Below are positions 11,910-21,866 of a stretch of 64,000 nucleotides of DNA, in pieces. The translations under genes and the position numbers were made by a program. Under the pieces are notes generated by a model. It made no database searches, was not told where the DNA came from, and saw nothing but the letters and a program-made list of their open reading frames with translations. Each line of letters begins with the position of its first letter. Within the stretch, counting starts at the first letter, position 1. This DNA is from Candidatus Latescibacterota bacterium (lineage in GTDB: Bacteria; Krumholzibacteriota; Krumholzibacteriia; WVZY01): NCBI GenBank assembly GCA_963791045.1, contig CAWBQK010000018.1, forward strand, positions 1-64,000. Reading direction: 5' to 3'.

Positions 11910-12596
11910 ATGAATTCTTTTAAACAGTTGTATGTGATTGCAGCAATTTTAGTTGCGATATCTTTTCTGGTTCCCACGTTCGCGGCGGCCGATCCGTGTC
12001 TTATTGTGTATCCGACGAATCCGGCCTATTACCATTTCGACGTAAACGAATATTACACAGTTAGTGTCGGCGATTCGCTCTACGATCCCATGTACGATCG
12101 GGGCGGGCAGGTGCTTATCGACATCAATAGCGACGAAGTCGCGTTCGATATTTATCAGATTCCCAATCTCCTCGGGTTCGAGGAATCGATGAGCGGCGAG
12201 GAAGGCTATTTCTTCATCGGATCCTACTTCGAGCTTATCGTGGATGGTTTCAATAACGATCCGACGTTGTACACCAACGTACTTCTCGTCTTCGATCCCG
12301 ACCCGGACATGTGCGACCCGACGGTGACCGTGAACGGCAATCCCGTGACCGGCAACACCTATCCATTGGGCGACTTGATGGTCACTTCACCCACCGGTGA
12401 AGGCAACAACTATTCGGACGTCATAACCGTGGACGTTACCTGGACCGGTTGCTACGGGGTTCGGATGTGGGCGTTTGCCGATGAGAACTTCAACGGCGTC
12501 CGCGACGGCGGCGAGTGTTTTACCGCTTTCTCGCACGACGCGACGGTTCCGACAAAGGAATCATCCTGGGGAGCGATTAAGAGTCTTTACCAGTAG
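11910..12596 (+). CDS. Secreted hypothetical protein ending in the SWGAIKSLY motif
   Basis: SD AGGAG, signal peptide, acidic body, C-terminus VPTKESSWGAIKSLYQ*. Confidence 0.85.
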   Translation: MNSFKQLYVIAAILVAISFLVPTFAAADPCLIVYPTNPAYYHFDVNEYYTVSVGDSLYDPMYDRGGQVLIDINSDEVAFDIYQIPNLLGFEESMSGEEGYFFIGSYFELIVDGFNNDPTLYTNVLLVFDPDPDMCDPTVTVNGNPVTGNTYPLGDLMVTSPTGEGNNYSDVITVDVTWTGCYGVRMWAFADENFNGVRDGGECFTAFSHDATVPTKESSWGAIKSLYQ

Positions 12597-12639
12597 TCGA
12601 ACGGCTTTCCTTTATCCAAAACGATAACTAAGTCTCAAT

Positions 12640-12675
12640 AAAAACCCCGCGGATCACCACCCCGCGGGGTTTTTT
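12640..12675. terminator. Bidirectional Rho-independent terminator
   Basis: AAAAACCCCGCGG-N9-CCGCGGGGTTTTTT between convergent genes. Confidence 0.85.
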
Positions 12676-12728
12676 GTCGAGTCGGTTGTGTGCTCGTTCG
12701 TATCGGCTCTGGTCAGTCGAAGTCCCCG

Positions 12729-13637
12729 TCAGTTCGTGTCCCGGATGACCTTTACCACCGTGTTAACTACCATATCCGGTTGGCTGAAGGGAATCATGTG
12801 GTCGCTTTCCTCGGCGACGAGCAAAATGGCTCCGTCGATTGATGCCACAACTTGTTCGTGTGATTTTCGCCAGGCCAACTGTTCTTCGGGCTTTGGCAGA
12901 AACGGTTTGCCGCTGGTGATTAGAAAAACCGGTATTCCTTGAGGGACGGATGTCTTTCTCATGACTTCCGATTTGGGGCCCAGCCCGTCACCCACCATCC
13001 GAACGAGTGCCTTTTGTTGTTTGGTAAGTTTTTCGGGATGAGACGTATCGAAGGGATGTTTGCCCGCCATGGGGTGTTGGTCGAGATACTCGACGCCCAT
13101 TAGATCAACAAACTCGGTTGAGAACGGGTCGATAAACACAATCCCTTTTACCGCTTCCCGATGCTCGTTTGCAACATACCGGATAAACCAACCTCCATAC
13201 GAATGACCGGCCAGCACGACTTTGTTGTCGAGTCCGAGCTGTTGGAGAGCATTCCAGAGCCATTTGGCTTCTATATCAAAAGAGTACGGAGTCCCCGGAA
13301 GATCGCTTTTGCCAAAACCCGCCCGATCGTACGAAACGACTGTGGCCCCGGTTTTGAGGGCGATTTGCGGTCCGATCTTGTCCCATTCGCTCGAATCCAT
13401 TCCTCCACCCGCCTCCAGGACAACAGTGACTCCATTGCCGTAAATCACGCGAAAGTTCAGGCGGCATTCACCGACAGCGATCAATGTGTCCACCGTCTGG
13501 GCGCCGGTATCTGTCCCAGCGCCCGCCGGTGCGGGCAGGTTGCCGCCGGCGCAAAAAGCGGCAAGAATCGCAAACAAAAAGACCCTTTTGGCTTTTCCAC
13601 AGCCGAAATTAGCTGAATATGAATGTTTGATTTGCAT
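12729..13637 (-). CDS. Alpha/beta hydrolase, probably exported
   Basis: YDRAGFGKS, nucleophile elbow GHSYGG, catalytic His in ESDHMIP, N-terminal hydrophobic segment. Confidence 0.9.
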   Translation of the reverse strand: MQIKHSYSANFGCGKAKRVFLFAILAAFCAGGNLPAPAGAGTDTGAQTVDTLIAVGECRLNFRVIYGNGVTVVLEAGGGMDSSEWDKIGPQIALKTGATVVSYDRAGFGKSDLPGTPYSFDIEAKWLWNALQQLGLDNKVVLAGHSYGGWFIRYVANEHREAVKGIVFIDPFSTEFVDLMGVEYLDQHPMAGKHPFDTSHPEKLTKQQKALVRMVGDGLGPKSEVMRKTSVPQGIPVFLITSGKPFLPKPEEQLAWRKSHEQVVASIDGAILLVAEESDHMIPFSQPDMVVNTVVKVIRDTN

Positions 13638-13897
13638 GGTTTCCGCGCTCTCCTGAATTGATTTTAAGGATTCCGTATGTACTGAGTTCCTCAGGTACTA
13701 CGCGTCTTACGGGCGCAAGGTTACATCCCTGTGGAAACGCGTCGGATAGAGCATGTTTGCGGCATTTCGGAAAAAAAGCGAATGATAATTCGGATGGGGC
13801 GAATCGGAGGTAACCTATTTGGTGATTTCGCCGTACACTAAGGAGGGCTACTGATTCGATATATCGGGATGAATCCAAAAACGGAGGCAGTTGGACG

Positions 13898-15148
13898 ATG
13901 AAGAAAAAAATCCTGTTGATTGGCGGCGCGGTGGTTGTCGTGGCCGCGGTCGTGGCGGGCGTTGCGCTGAAGGGAGGCGGGGACAAGCCGCTCGAAGTGC
14001 AAACGACCAAGGTTGATCGGCAGAAGATCGTTCAAAAGGTCAACGCGTCGGGGAAGATCCAGCCGAAGGTGCAGGTCAAAATAAGCGCCGACGTCAGCGC
14101 GAAGATCATGAAGCTCGCCGTGGTCGAAGGGCAATGGGTGGAGAAGGGAGAGTTTCTCCTCGAACTCGATCGCGAACGTTACCTGGCCGCGGTGGAAAGC
14201 GCCGAAGCGACCGTCCGTTCGGCCCAGGCGAACGCAACACTGGTCCAACAAAATCTGAACGTTACCGAGAAGGAATACAAGCGCTCGAAAGAACTGGTTC
14301 CTCAGAACCTCGAGTCACAGGCGGCCTTCGAAGCGAAGGAGGCGGCCTTCCGTGTGGAGTCGGCACGTTACGATTCGGCGAAGAACCAGGTCCAGCAAGC
14401 CAAAGCGGTGTTGAAACAAGCCCGGGACGACTTATCCAAGACAACAATCTATGCGCCGATGTCCGGGACGGTTAGCGACCTGAACAAAGAAGTCGGTGAA
14501 ATCGCGATTGGCTCCCAGTTTCAGGAGGACGTAATCCTTATCGTATCGGATCTCACCGAGATGGAAGCGCAGGTTGATGTCGACGAGAACGACATCGTCT
14601 CGGTTGGGATCGGCCAGGAGGCGGAGATCGAGGTTGATGCGCTGCTCGATCAAACGCTCACTGGGGTCGTCCAGGAGATATCCAACAGCGCCAATGTCGG
14701 CGGCGCGGGCACTGCCGAGCAAAAAACGGAATTCGAAGTTAAAATCGGAATCATCGATCCGCCCGAGACGCTTCGCCCCGGAATGACGGCCAGCGCGGAT
14801 GTGTTCACGAAGACTAATGAGAGCGCGTTGAGTGTGCCGATCCAGTGTGTCGCCGTCCGAACGGTGGATCAGTTGACGATGCCGGGGGAAAGCCGCGAAG
14901 ATGCCGAGGCGCGCTTCACCGCCGACAAGGACGGTTTCGTCGAAATCGTTTTTTGTATCGAGGATGGGAAGGCGGTCGCGAAGCAGGTCAAAACGGGCAT
15001 CCAGAGCGATGAACTTATTGAGATTCTCGAAGGCCTCGAAGAGGGCGAGGAAGTCGTGTCCGGGAACTACCGGGCGATTTCAAGGGATCTCACAAACGGC
15101 GCGATAGTCACCGTAAACAACGAAGAAGACAAATCCGGCGACGCTTAG
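13898..15148 (+). CDS. Efflux periplasmic adaptor subunit (MacA/HlyD family)
   Basis: N-terminal TM anchor, lipoyl-like [32 protein letters not shown]. Confidence 0.93.
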   Translation: MKKKILLIGGAVVVVAAVVAGVALKGGGDKPLEVQTTKVDRQKIVQKVNASGKIQPKVQVKISADVSAKIMKLAVVEGQWVEKGEFLLELDRERYLAAVESAEATVRSAQANATLVQQNLNVTEKEYKRSKELVPQNLESQAAFEAKEAAFRVESARYDSAKNQVQQAKAVLKQARDDLSKTTIYAPMSGTVSDLNKEVGEIAIGSQFQEDVILIVSDLTEMEAQVDVDENDIVSVGIGQEAEIEVDALLDQTLTGVVQEISNSANVGGAGTAEQKTEFEVKIGIIDPPETLRPGMTASADVFTKTNESALSVPIQCVAVRTVDQLTMPGESREDAEARFTADKDGFVEIVFCIEDGKAVAKQVKTGIQSDELIEILEGLEEGEEVVSGNYRAISRDLTNGAIVTVNNEEDKSGDA

Positions 15149-15167
15149 TCGGGAGGATCTCGAGGAT

Positions 15168-15875
15168 ATGGACAATACACTGCCAGCGTCGAATGGAGCG
15201 CTTTCACTGAGGGACGTCGTCAAGACCTACGAGATGGGGGCGGACAAAGTGCACGCGCTTCGCGGGATCTCGATGGATATTGAAAAGAACGAGTATGTTG
15301 CCATCATGGGGCCGTCGGGTTCGGGGAAATCAACTTTGATGCACCTCATCGGTTGTCTGGACGTTCCGACGTCGGGTACTTATTCGCTGGAAGGCCGGAT
15401 GGTGGCCGAGATGTCGGAGTCCCAATTGGCCGAGATCCGGAATCGTAAGATCGGTTTTGTTTTTCAGACATTCAACCTGATACCCAGGGCGAACATATTC
15501 AGCAATGTCGAGCTTCCGCTCATCTATGGCGGGGTTGGCAAATCAGAACGCAGGAAACGCACCGAGACGGCGATAGAGCGAGTCGGTCTTGCCGATCGAA
15601 TGAAACACAAACCCAATGAACTCTCCGGCGGACAGCGGCAGCGTGTCGCGATCGCGCGGGCGTTGGTGTTCAATCCGTCGATCATTCTCGCCGACGAGCC
15701 GACGGGCAATCTCGACAGCAAAACCGGCGACGAAATCATGGAGGTTCTCGACGAACTCCACCGCGCAGGGCAGACGATCATACTCGTGACGCATGAAGAT
15801 TATATTGCCAAGCGCGCGAGCCGGGAAGTGCGGCTCAAGGATGGGTCGATCGAAAGCGACATAAGAACCCGATAA
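15168..15875 (+). CDS. ABC transporter ATP-binding protein (MacB/LolD family)
   Basis: Walker [36 protein letters not shown]. Confidence 0.95.
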   Translation: MDNTLPASNGALSLRDVVKTYEMGADKVHALRGISMDIEKNEYVAIMGPSGSGKSTLMHLIGCLDVPTSGTYSLEGRMVAEMSESQLAEIRNRKIGFVFQTFNLIPRANIFSNVELPLIYGGVGKSERRKRTETAIERVGLADRMKHKPNELSGGQRQRVAIARALVFNPSIILADEPTGNLDSKTGDEIMEVLDELHRAGQTIILVTHEDYIAKRASREVRLKDGSIESDIRTR

Positions 15876-15932
15876 CGAACCGCAAAGTACGCGGTGGCCG
15901 CGCAAACCCGTGAGGCCGGACGAAACACGATC

Positions 15933-17171
15933 ATGAAATGGGCGATTGACATAGGTGAGTCATTTCAAATCGCGCTCGGCGCGCTCAGGGCCAACCGCGC
16001 CCGGGGGGCGCTGACCACGCTTGGAATTATCATCGGAATTGTCGCAGTAATTCTTACGATGACCGCGGCCAACGGGCTCCAGAACCGGTTTCGCCAAAGT
16101 TTTTCCGCTGTGGGCACCGATGTGATCTACGTGTCGCGGATGCCGTGGATCATCATGAATGATTTTTTCCTCTACCGGAACCGCCCCGCGCTCGAACTCC
16201 GACAGGCCGAAGAATTGTCGCGAAAGCTCCGCGGCAGGGCCATAGTGAATCCCACCATGGAGACGCGGCGGGAAATCAAGTATCGCTCCGAAACGATGGA
16301 CGGCGTGAGAATCGTCGGAACGACGGAAAAGCAAACGCTTGTCGCTATTTCCCAGCCCGATCACGGCCGGTTCATGATCGAGTCCGACGTGACATTCAAA
16401 AAGAATGTGTGTGTGATCGGGACCGATGTTCGGGACGGGTTGTTCGGGGTGGCAAACCCGTTGAACAAGAAAATAAAAATAGGCCGAACCACCTTCCGCG
16501 TGATTGGCGTGATGGAGCGCCAGGGCGGGAGTTTTATGGGTGGACCCAATTTCGACAGGCAGATATACATCCCCATCACCTCGTTCGTGAAAGCATACGG
16601 CGGGCACCGGGGACGCCAGCACGTGAGTATCGCCGTCAAAGCCCCCACCCAGGAAGCAATGGAAGATCTCGAATTCGAAGTAATCGGAGAGATGCGCAAG
16701 ATCAGAAAACTTCGCCCGACCGAGGGGGATGATTTCTCGATCAACAAACTCGATACCCTGGTGGGGACATTCAACAACATGATGGGCGTGGTGCTCATCA
16801 TCGGCCTTCTCGTAACGAGTATCTCGCTCTTTGTCGGTGGGGTCGGTGTGATGAACATCATGTTTGTCTCGGTAACCGAACGCACGCGGGAAATCGGAAT
16901 CCGAAAAGCCATCGGCGCCAAGCGCCGGAGTATTCTTATGCAGTTCCTGTTCGAATCGTGCGCGATTTGTCTTCTGGGTGGTGTAATCGGGATCGTCCTC
17001 GCGTCGATCCTGACCGCGGTGATCAATGCCGTCTTGATGCCGGCAAGCGTGTCGATGCCCATCGTCGTTGTCGCAGTCGTGGTGTCGGTCCTCGTCGGCA
17101 CGATCGCGGGTCTCGTTCCGGCGTTCAAGGGCGCCAGGCTCGATCCAATCGAGGCGCTCAGGTACGAGTGA
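15933..17171 (+). CDS. MacB/FtsX-family ABC permease
   Basis: LTTLGIIIGI, periplasmic domain, GVMNIMFVSVTERTREIGIRKAIGA, LDPIEALRYE. Confidence 0.95.
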   Translation: MKWAIDIGESFQIALGALRANRARGALTTLGIIIGIVAVILTMTAANGLQNRFRQSFSAVGTDVIYVSRMPWIIMNDFFLYRNRPALELRQAEELSRKLRGRAIVNPTMETRREIKYRSETMDGVRIVGTTEKQTLVAISQPDHGRFMIESDVTFKKNVCVIGTDVRDGLFGVANPLNKKIKIGRTTFRVIGVMERQGGSFMGGPNFDRQIYIPITSFVKAYGGHRGRQHVSIAVKAPTQEAMEDLEFEVIGEMRKIRKLRPTEGDDFSINKLDTLVGTFNNMMGVVLIIGLLVTSISLFVGGVGVMNIMFVSVTERTREIGIRKAIGAKRRSILMQFLFESCAICLLGGVIGIVLASILTAVINAVLMPASVSMPIVVVAVVVSVLVGTIAGLVPAFKGARLDPIEALRYE

Positions 17172-17193
17172 CCTTGCTCACAAAGGTTTTCTT

Positions 17194-18441
17194 ATGCGTG
17201 GTTTTGACACACTATTCATGTCCTTTGGGGCGATCCTCAGTAACAAGCTGAGGTCGATCCTGACGCTGGTGGGTATCGTGGCGGGCGTCGCCTCGATCAT
17301 CGCGGTGATGACGGCGATCTCAGTCGTTCAAACCACGCTGGAAAAAGAGATGAGTGTTCTCGGCTCGCAGGTTTTCCAGGTTCAGAAATGGCCGGTGGGG
17401 GGATTCAACTCGGATGAGGATCGGCGGCGAGCGATGAGGCGCCCGCCGATCACCGTGGAGAACGCCAACGCCATACGCGAGCAGGTAGAGAACGTGGATA
17501 TCGTCGGGGCCGAACTGTGGAACTTCGGAATTGTCATTAAATACCGCGGCGAAGAAACAAACGCAAATAACACCGTGTGCGGCGGCACTCCAGAATACGC
17601 TCCCAACAACACACATTACATCGGTATCGGGCGCAACATCTCGCAGATGGATGTGAAGAGCGGTCGGCGCGTCGCGGTCATCGGGTATGAACTCGGGCAA
17701 AAGTTCTTTCCGTTCACCGACCCGATGGGCAAGGAAATCCAGGTGGATGGGCGCAAGTACCAGGTTGTGGGCGTTTTCGACGAGAAGAAATCGGCCTTCG
17801 GTTCGAACTATGACAACTATGTGTTAATCCCGATCACATCGTTTCTGGGTACGTACGGAATGGTGGATCAGAGGGGCTTTTCACGGTCGGTCAATGTAAC
17901 CGTGCGCGCCAAAAGTCCCGAGGTCGTGCACGATGCGATCGAAGAGACGCGCCAGGTGCTCCGTCGCGAGCGCGGGGTGCGTCCGAACGAGGAAGACAAC
18001 TTCGAGTTTTTCAGCAGCGAGAGTCTGATCAAGGAATTCAATGAAATGACGATTGGGGTGAAAATCGCCGCGTTCGTTATCGGCATCATCGCGCTCGTTG
18101 TCGCCGGGATCGGGATCATGAACATCATGCTCGTCTCGGTAACCGAGCGAACAAAGGAAATCGGGATCCGCAAGGCTCTCGGTGCCAAACCGCGTTACAT
18201 CCTCACGCAGTTTCTCCTCGAGGCGGTTATTCTCTGTAACCTGGGTGGGATTATTGGCGTGCTTGTGGGGTTCGGTCTGGGGAACGTTGTCACCTTGTTC
18301 GCCTCTTTCGATGTCAACGTGCCCATGGAATGGGCCGTTATAGGTCTCGTGTTCTGCTCGATGGTAGGAATCGGTTTCGGGCTTTTGCCCGCGATCCGTG
18401 CCTCACGGCTCAACCCCATCGACGCGCTTCGCTGGGAATAA
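17194..18441 (+). CDS. MacB/FtsX-family ABC permease (second paralog)
   Basis: GIMNIMLVSVTERTKEIGIRKALGA, LNPIDALRWE; start taken at MRGFDTLF. Confidence 0.95.
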   Translation: MRGFDTLFMSFGAILSNKLRSILTLVGIVAGVASIIAVMTAISVVQTTLEKEMSVLGSQVFQVQKWPVGGFNSDEDRRRAMRRPPITVENANAIREQVENVDIVGAELWNFGIVIKYRGEETNANNTVCGGTPEYAPNNTHYIGIGRNISQMDVKSGRRVAVIGYELGQKFFPFTDPMGKEIQVDGRKYQVVGVFDEKKSAFGSNYDNYVLIPITSFLGTYGMVDQRGFSRSVNVTVRAKSPEVVHDAIEETRQVLRRERGVRPNEEDNFEFFSSESLIKEFNEMTIGVKIAAFVIGIIALVVAGIGIMNIMLVSVTERTKEIGIRKALGAKPRYILTQFLLEAVILCNLGGIIGVLVGFGLGNVVTLFASFDVNVPMEWAVIGLVFCSMVGIGFGLLPAIRASRLNPIDALRWE

Positions 18442-18484
18442 TCTTTCCGTCGATTGAATTCCGCATGCAAACGTGATAGCCGTA

Positions 18485-18515
18485 AAAAAAAGAGAGCCCC
18501 AACGGGCTCTCTTTT
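18485..18515. terminator. Bidirectional Rho-independent terminator
   Basis: AAAAAAAGAGAGCCC-AAC-GGGCTCTCTTTT between convergent genes. Confidence 0.85.
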
Positions 18516-18541
18516 GTCGTGCTCGATTATCGGCCGGGTGG

Positions 18542-20533
18542 TTACTTCAGAATCACCATTTTTCGTGTTTCAACAAAACCGGGGCCGGTCAAACGGTAAA
18601 AGTAGGTTCCCGTCGCCACCGGGTGTCCATTTTCGTTGCGGCCATTCCACATCACCGATTTCTGTCCCGGTGATTCCATCCCGTCGACCAGCGTTCGCAC
18701 GAGGCGGCCGCCGACATCGAAAACGCGAAGCGTAACCGCGCCGCCGTCGGGCGGCACATCGAAGCGAATCGTCGTCGTTGGGTTGAATGGATTGGGAATG
18801 TTCTGATGAAGCGCGAATGTCTCTGCAACTTGATCCGCCGACGGGCGATCGTTTGGGCCCGTGGCGAGAGACTCATTATTTCCCACTATTACGACCGTGT
18901 CCTCTCCGTCGATGACGGTTCCATCGTAGAGTCTCGCCGTAAGACGAAGTGGTACGGCGTCTCCTTTGGAGACACGGCCCATTATCGCGGCGATGTCCGG
19001 GGTGGAGAATTTCATCACCAGATCGTCGAACCCGTCGCCCGACATATCGGCGCACGGGTGTCCGCTGTCGTGGCTCGCCGAAGCCAGGTCGGCGTATCGG
19101 ACCTTCATCGGCGACACGACACCCTCGACGCGAAGTGTCATGAGATTGATGTTTCGGACGTCGATACTCTCCGAACCCATTATGAGAGCTGAATATACTC
19201 CGTTGCTCTTTGGATTGAAGGGGTTCGGGCACGAACCGGGAAGCATGTCAAATGACGCCGGCATTGAAGCGGGTGCGTTCGCCAGTGTGGCGAGCGATGC
19301 GACGCCAACTTTGATGTTGTTGACGGTGAAGTCCGGGTGGACGTAATCGAGGAGATCCCTTGTTGAGTGGTAGTACGGGTTGAAATCAGCATCGTACCAG
19401 TCCCACGACTCCTCGTGGTTGACGCCGGAGTAACCGTTCATCCAGAACCAGAAGTGATCGCCCCACCACGCCCAGTCGTAAACATGGACTTCATAGGGCG
19501 CGTCGGTGTACAGATTGGCCGCGTTGACCACAGCGTCGGCGAGCCAACGCGACGCGCCGTTCGTCTCAATCTCGAGATCTTTTTCCACTCCGGGTTCCCA
19601 GTATCCCATCATGTCGTAGTTGAGAAGTCCGACGATGTCGAGGTTCATTTGTCTCGCCATCGTCGCGTAGAAGTAACTTCCGACCAAACCCTGCTCTTCG
19701 CCGCCGAAGCAAATGAAACGAACGGAATAATCAAATGAGTGCTGAGAAAGGATCTCCGCCGCAGTCAGCACCGCGGCCGTTCCGGAACCGTTGTCGTCCG
19801 CTCCTGGGGCGGATTTCATCGGGGTTTCGCTGACCGAATCAAAATGGCCGCAGATGACCACGTAGGAGTCGGGATAGCGCGTGCCGATTTGAGTGGCCTC
19901 GACATTCCACATCGTGGCGCCGTCGTATTCGAACGAATGCAAGGTCGTTTCTAAGCCATAACCCGCGAACTTGTCACTAATGGACCGCGCCACATCGCCG
20001 TGGTTCGGCGCGTAGCTGTAACGCGTGCCGAAGTCAACCAGCCACTGGATCTTGTCGCTGACACCCGTCCACTCGACCTGGTCGACCATAGCCTCGATGG
20101 CGGGGTCCGGTTCGGTGACTCGACTCCACGACTGGTTGCTCGCGGGTGGAGCTTCCGGCAGTTCATCTAGCGGAAGCACAAGGCAGCCGCGGCGAGACAG
20201 ACCTCGCACGGTCTCGGGATCACCCGATACCAGAAAGACATCCTTGTGTTTGCCGTGAATGACGACACCATCGGCTTCGGTCAATTGTTTGCTGGTACGG
20301 ACAAAAAACAGATCGCGTGGAAGCTTTTTCGTGGACAGATCGAACGCCTTCAGGGCGGGATGCTTCTGGATCTGTTCGGGCTCGAGCGCGTTGGTTTGCT
20401 CTCCGGCGAGCGCCGAACTCGCTGCAAAAGAAAACAAAAGCACGACGAAGAGGAAACATCCAATGTGACTGAAATCGCGAGTCAAATTCCGGACCGTGCG
20501 GGCAGAAGTTGGGTCTGGGCGACGCATGTTCAC
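18542..20533 (-). CDS. Secreted M28-family aminopeptidase with FlgD-Ig/T9SS-type C-terminal domain
   Basis: GHFDS, PGADDNGSG, GGEEQGL, NYDM, YHS; C-terminus QNIPNPFNP...RKMVILK. The start codon is uncertain. Confidence 0.92.
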   Translation of the reverse strand: MNMRRPDPTSARTVRNLTRDFSHIGCFLFVVLLFSFAASSALAGEQTNALEPEQIQKHPALKAFDLSTKKLPRDLFFVRTSKQLTEADGVVIHGKHKDVFLVSGDPETVRGLSRRGCLVLPLDELPEAPPASNQSWSRVTEPDPAIEAMVDQVEWTGVSDKIQWLVDFGTRYSYAPNHGDVARSISDKFAGYGLETTLHSFEYDGATMWNVEATQIGTRYPDSYVVICGHFDSVSETPMKSAPGADDNGSGTAAVLTAAEILSQHSFDYSVRFICFGGEEQGLVGSYFYATMARQMNLDIVGLLNYDMMGYWEPGVEKDLEIETNGASRWLADAVVNAANLYTDAPYEVHVYDWAWWGDHFWFWMNGYSGVNHEESWDWYDADFNPYYHSTRDLLDYVHPDFTVNNIKVGVASLATLANAPASMPASFDMLPGSCPNPFNPKSNGVYSALIMGSESIDVRNINLMTLRVEGVVSPMKVRYADLASASHDSGHPCADMSGDGFDDLVMKFSTPDIAAIMGRVSKGDAVPLRLTARLYDGTVIDGEDTVVIVGNNESLATGPNDRPSADQVAETFALHQNIPNPFNPTTTIRFDVPPDGGAVTLRVFDVGGRLVRTLVDGMESPGQKSVMWNGRNENGHPVATGTYFYRLTGPGFVETRKMVILK

Positions 20534-20712
20534 GAACCTCCCGGGTAACGGGTGGATTGCTGTGTGGGGTGTCGATCGATACGGTGACGGTTTTGATTTG
20601 GTGGGGATGTCCGGTCAGCGGATATTGTAACAGCCTTCGGGGTGCGGTGCAAGTATCGGTTCCCCTGACCAAAATGCGTCGCGCAATGGTCGGGATCTCG
20701 TCAGTTTTCCAT

Positions 20713-21612
20713 CTATTTTAGTAAAAACAGTATCGCGACACCAACGACGGCGATGAGCGAGCCCACGATTTCACGCACACTTACCTTTTCCTTGAAGAAG
20801 AGTATCGAGGGGGGAATGATCAGTACGGGGACGATCGCCATGATCGTGGCGGCGACACCCGTTGCCGCGTACTTGACGGCGACGAGCGAAAACGAAACTC
20901 CCAAGAACGGCCCAAAAAACGACCCCAGTGTCATTGTGCCCATGGCGTTCTTGTCCTGGAGCGCGGAGCCGACTCTTCTCCAAAGACCCATCAGAGTCAC
21001 AACGACTCCAAAACCCAGAGTGCCGGCGATGATTCGGATCTGTGTAGCCCCGAAGGCGTCATAGTCGCCCATTCCGTACTTGCTGAGAACGAGGCCGATG
21101 GCCTGGCCGAGTGCGCCGCCAAATGCGGCGAGGAGTCCGCGCAGTGGATGTGAGAGCTGGACTTGTTTCTGGTTGGGACTTCTTTCGAGAACAACGAGAC
21201 TGATCCCGCCGACCACGAACGCCATTCCCAGAAAGTTTGAGGGGGTGAGTGTTTCGCCCATCACGATCCAGCCGATGAGGGCGGTGAGCGGAGGAACGAG
21301 GGCCATCATTAACATCGATACTCGCGCGCCGACCAGGATGAAGCCCTTGAAGAGCAGGAAGTCACCGATGGTAAAGCCGATCACACCGGAAATTGACAAC
21401 CAGAACCAATGATGAAACGTGGCGTCGAGCGGCAGCGGTTTACCGCGGAACAACGCGAGGAAGATCGTGAGGAAGGCGAAGCCGATGCACAACCGGATGA
21501 GATTGAGCGAAAGCGAGCCAACGCGCTTGCCCGCCGATTCGAAGGCGAGCGCGGTGATCGTCCAGAAGAGCGCCGTCGCCAGCGCCGCTATTTCGCCGGT
21601 ATAGGTTTCCAT
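20713..21612 (-). CDS. DMT/EamA family transporter
   Basis: About 10 TM segments in two EamA repeats; LFFKEKV near the C-terminus. Confidence 0.9.
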   Translation of the reverse strand: METYTGEIAALATALFWTITALAFESAGKRVGSLSLNLIRLCIGFAFLTIFLALFRGKPLPLDATFHHWFWLSISGVIGFTIGDFLLFKGFILVGARVSMLMMALVPPLTALIGWIVMGETLTPSNFLGMAFVVGGISLVVLERSPNQKQVQLSHPLRGLLAAFGGALGQAIGLVLSKYGMGDYDAFGATQIRIIAGTLGFGVVVTLMGLWRRVGSALQDKNAMGTMTLGSFFGPFLGVSFSLVAVKYAATGVAATIMAIVPVLIIPPSILFFKEKVSVREIVGSLIAVVGVAILFLLK

Positions 21613-21866
21613 TCATTTGGCCTCGGGCATGAGTGAGCCGCATAGTACCATATTCCGGGGGTACAGCCAAAGAGAACGCAGGGGACCATCGCAAAGTCAT
21701 CGATGTCGAATTCTCGCGTCGGCGCCATTGCGCTCTCCGAAAACGCTTGTTCAAAAGCCGCCGTAGCCGGATAATTATTGCCGGACTCAGATTTCGCGTG
21801 GAGTTCATTTACATTACGACACGGGCCGAATGTCAGGGGCGGACGCCGCCCGCGGGAGTGACTGCC

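Noticed and set aside
13898-18441. Novel secretion or resistance system
   Set aside because: An adaptor, ATPase and two permeases is a common MacAB-like arrangement.
19205-19250. Second CTD inside the M28 protein (PGSCPNPFNP)
   Set aside because: The following sequence does not match the CTD; it belongs to a separate internal domain.
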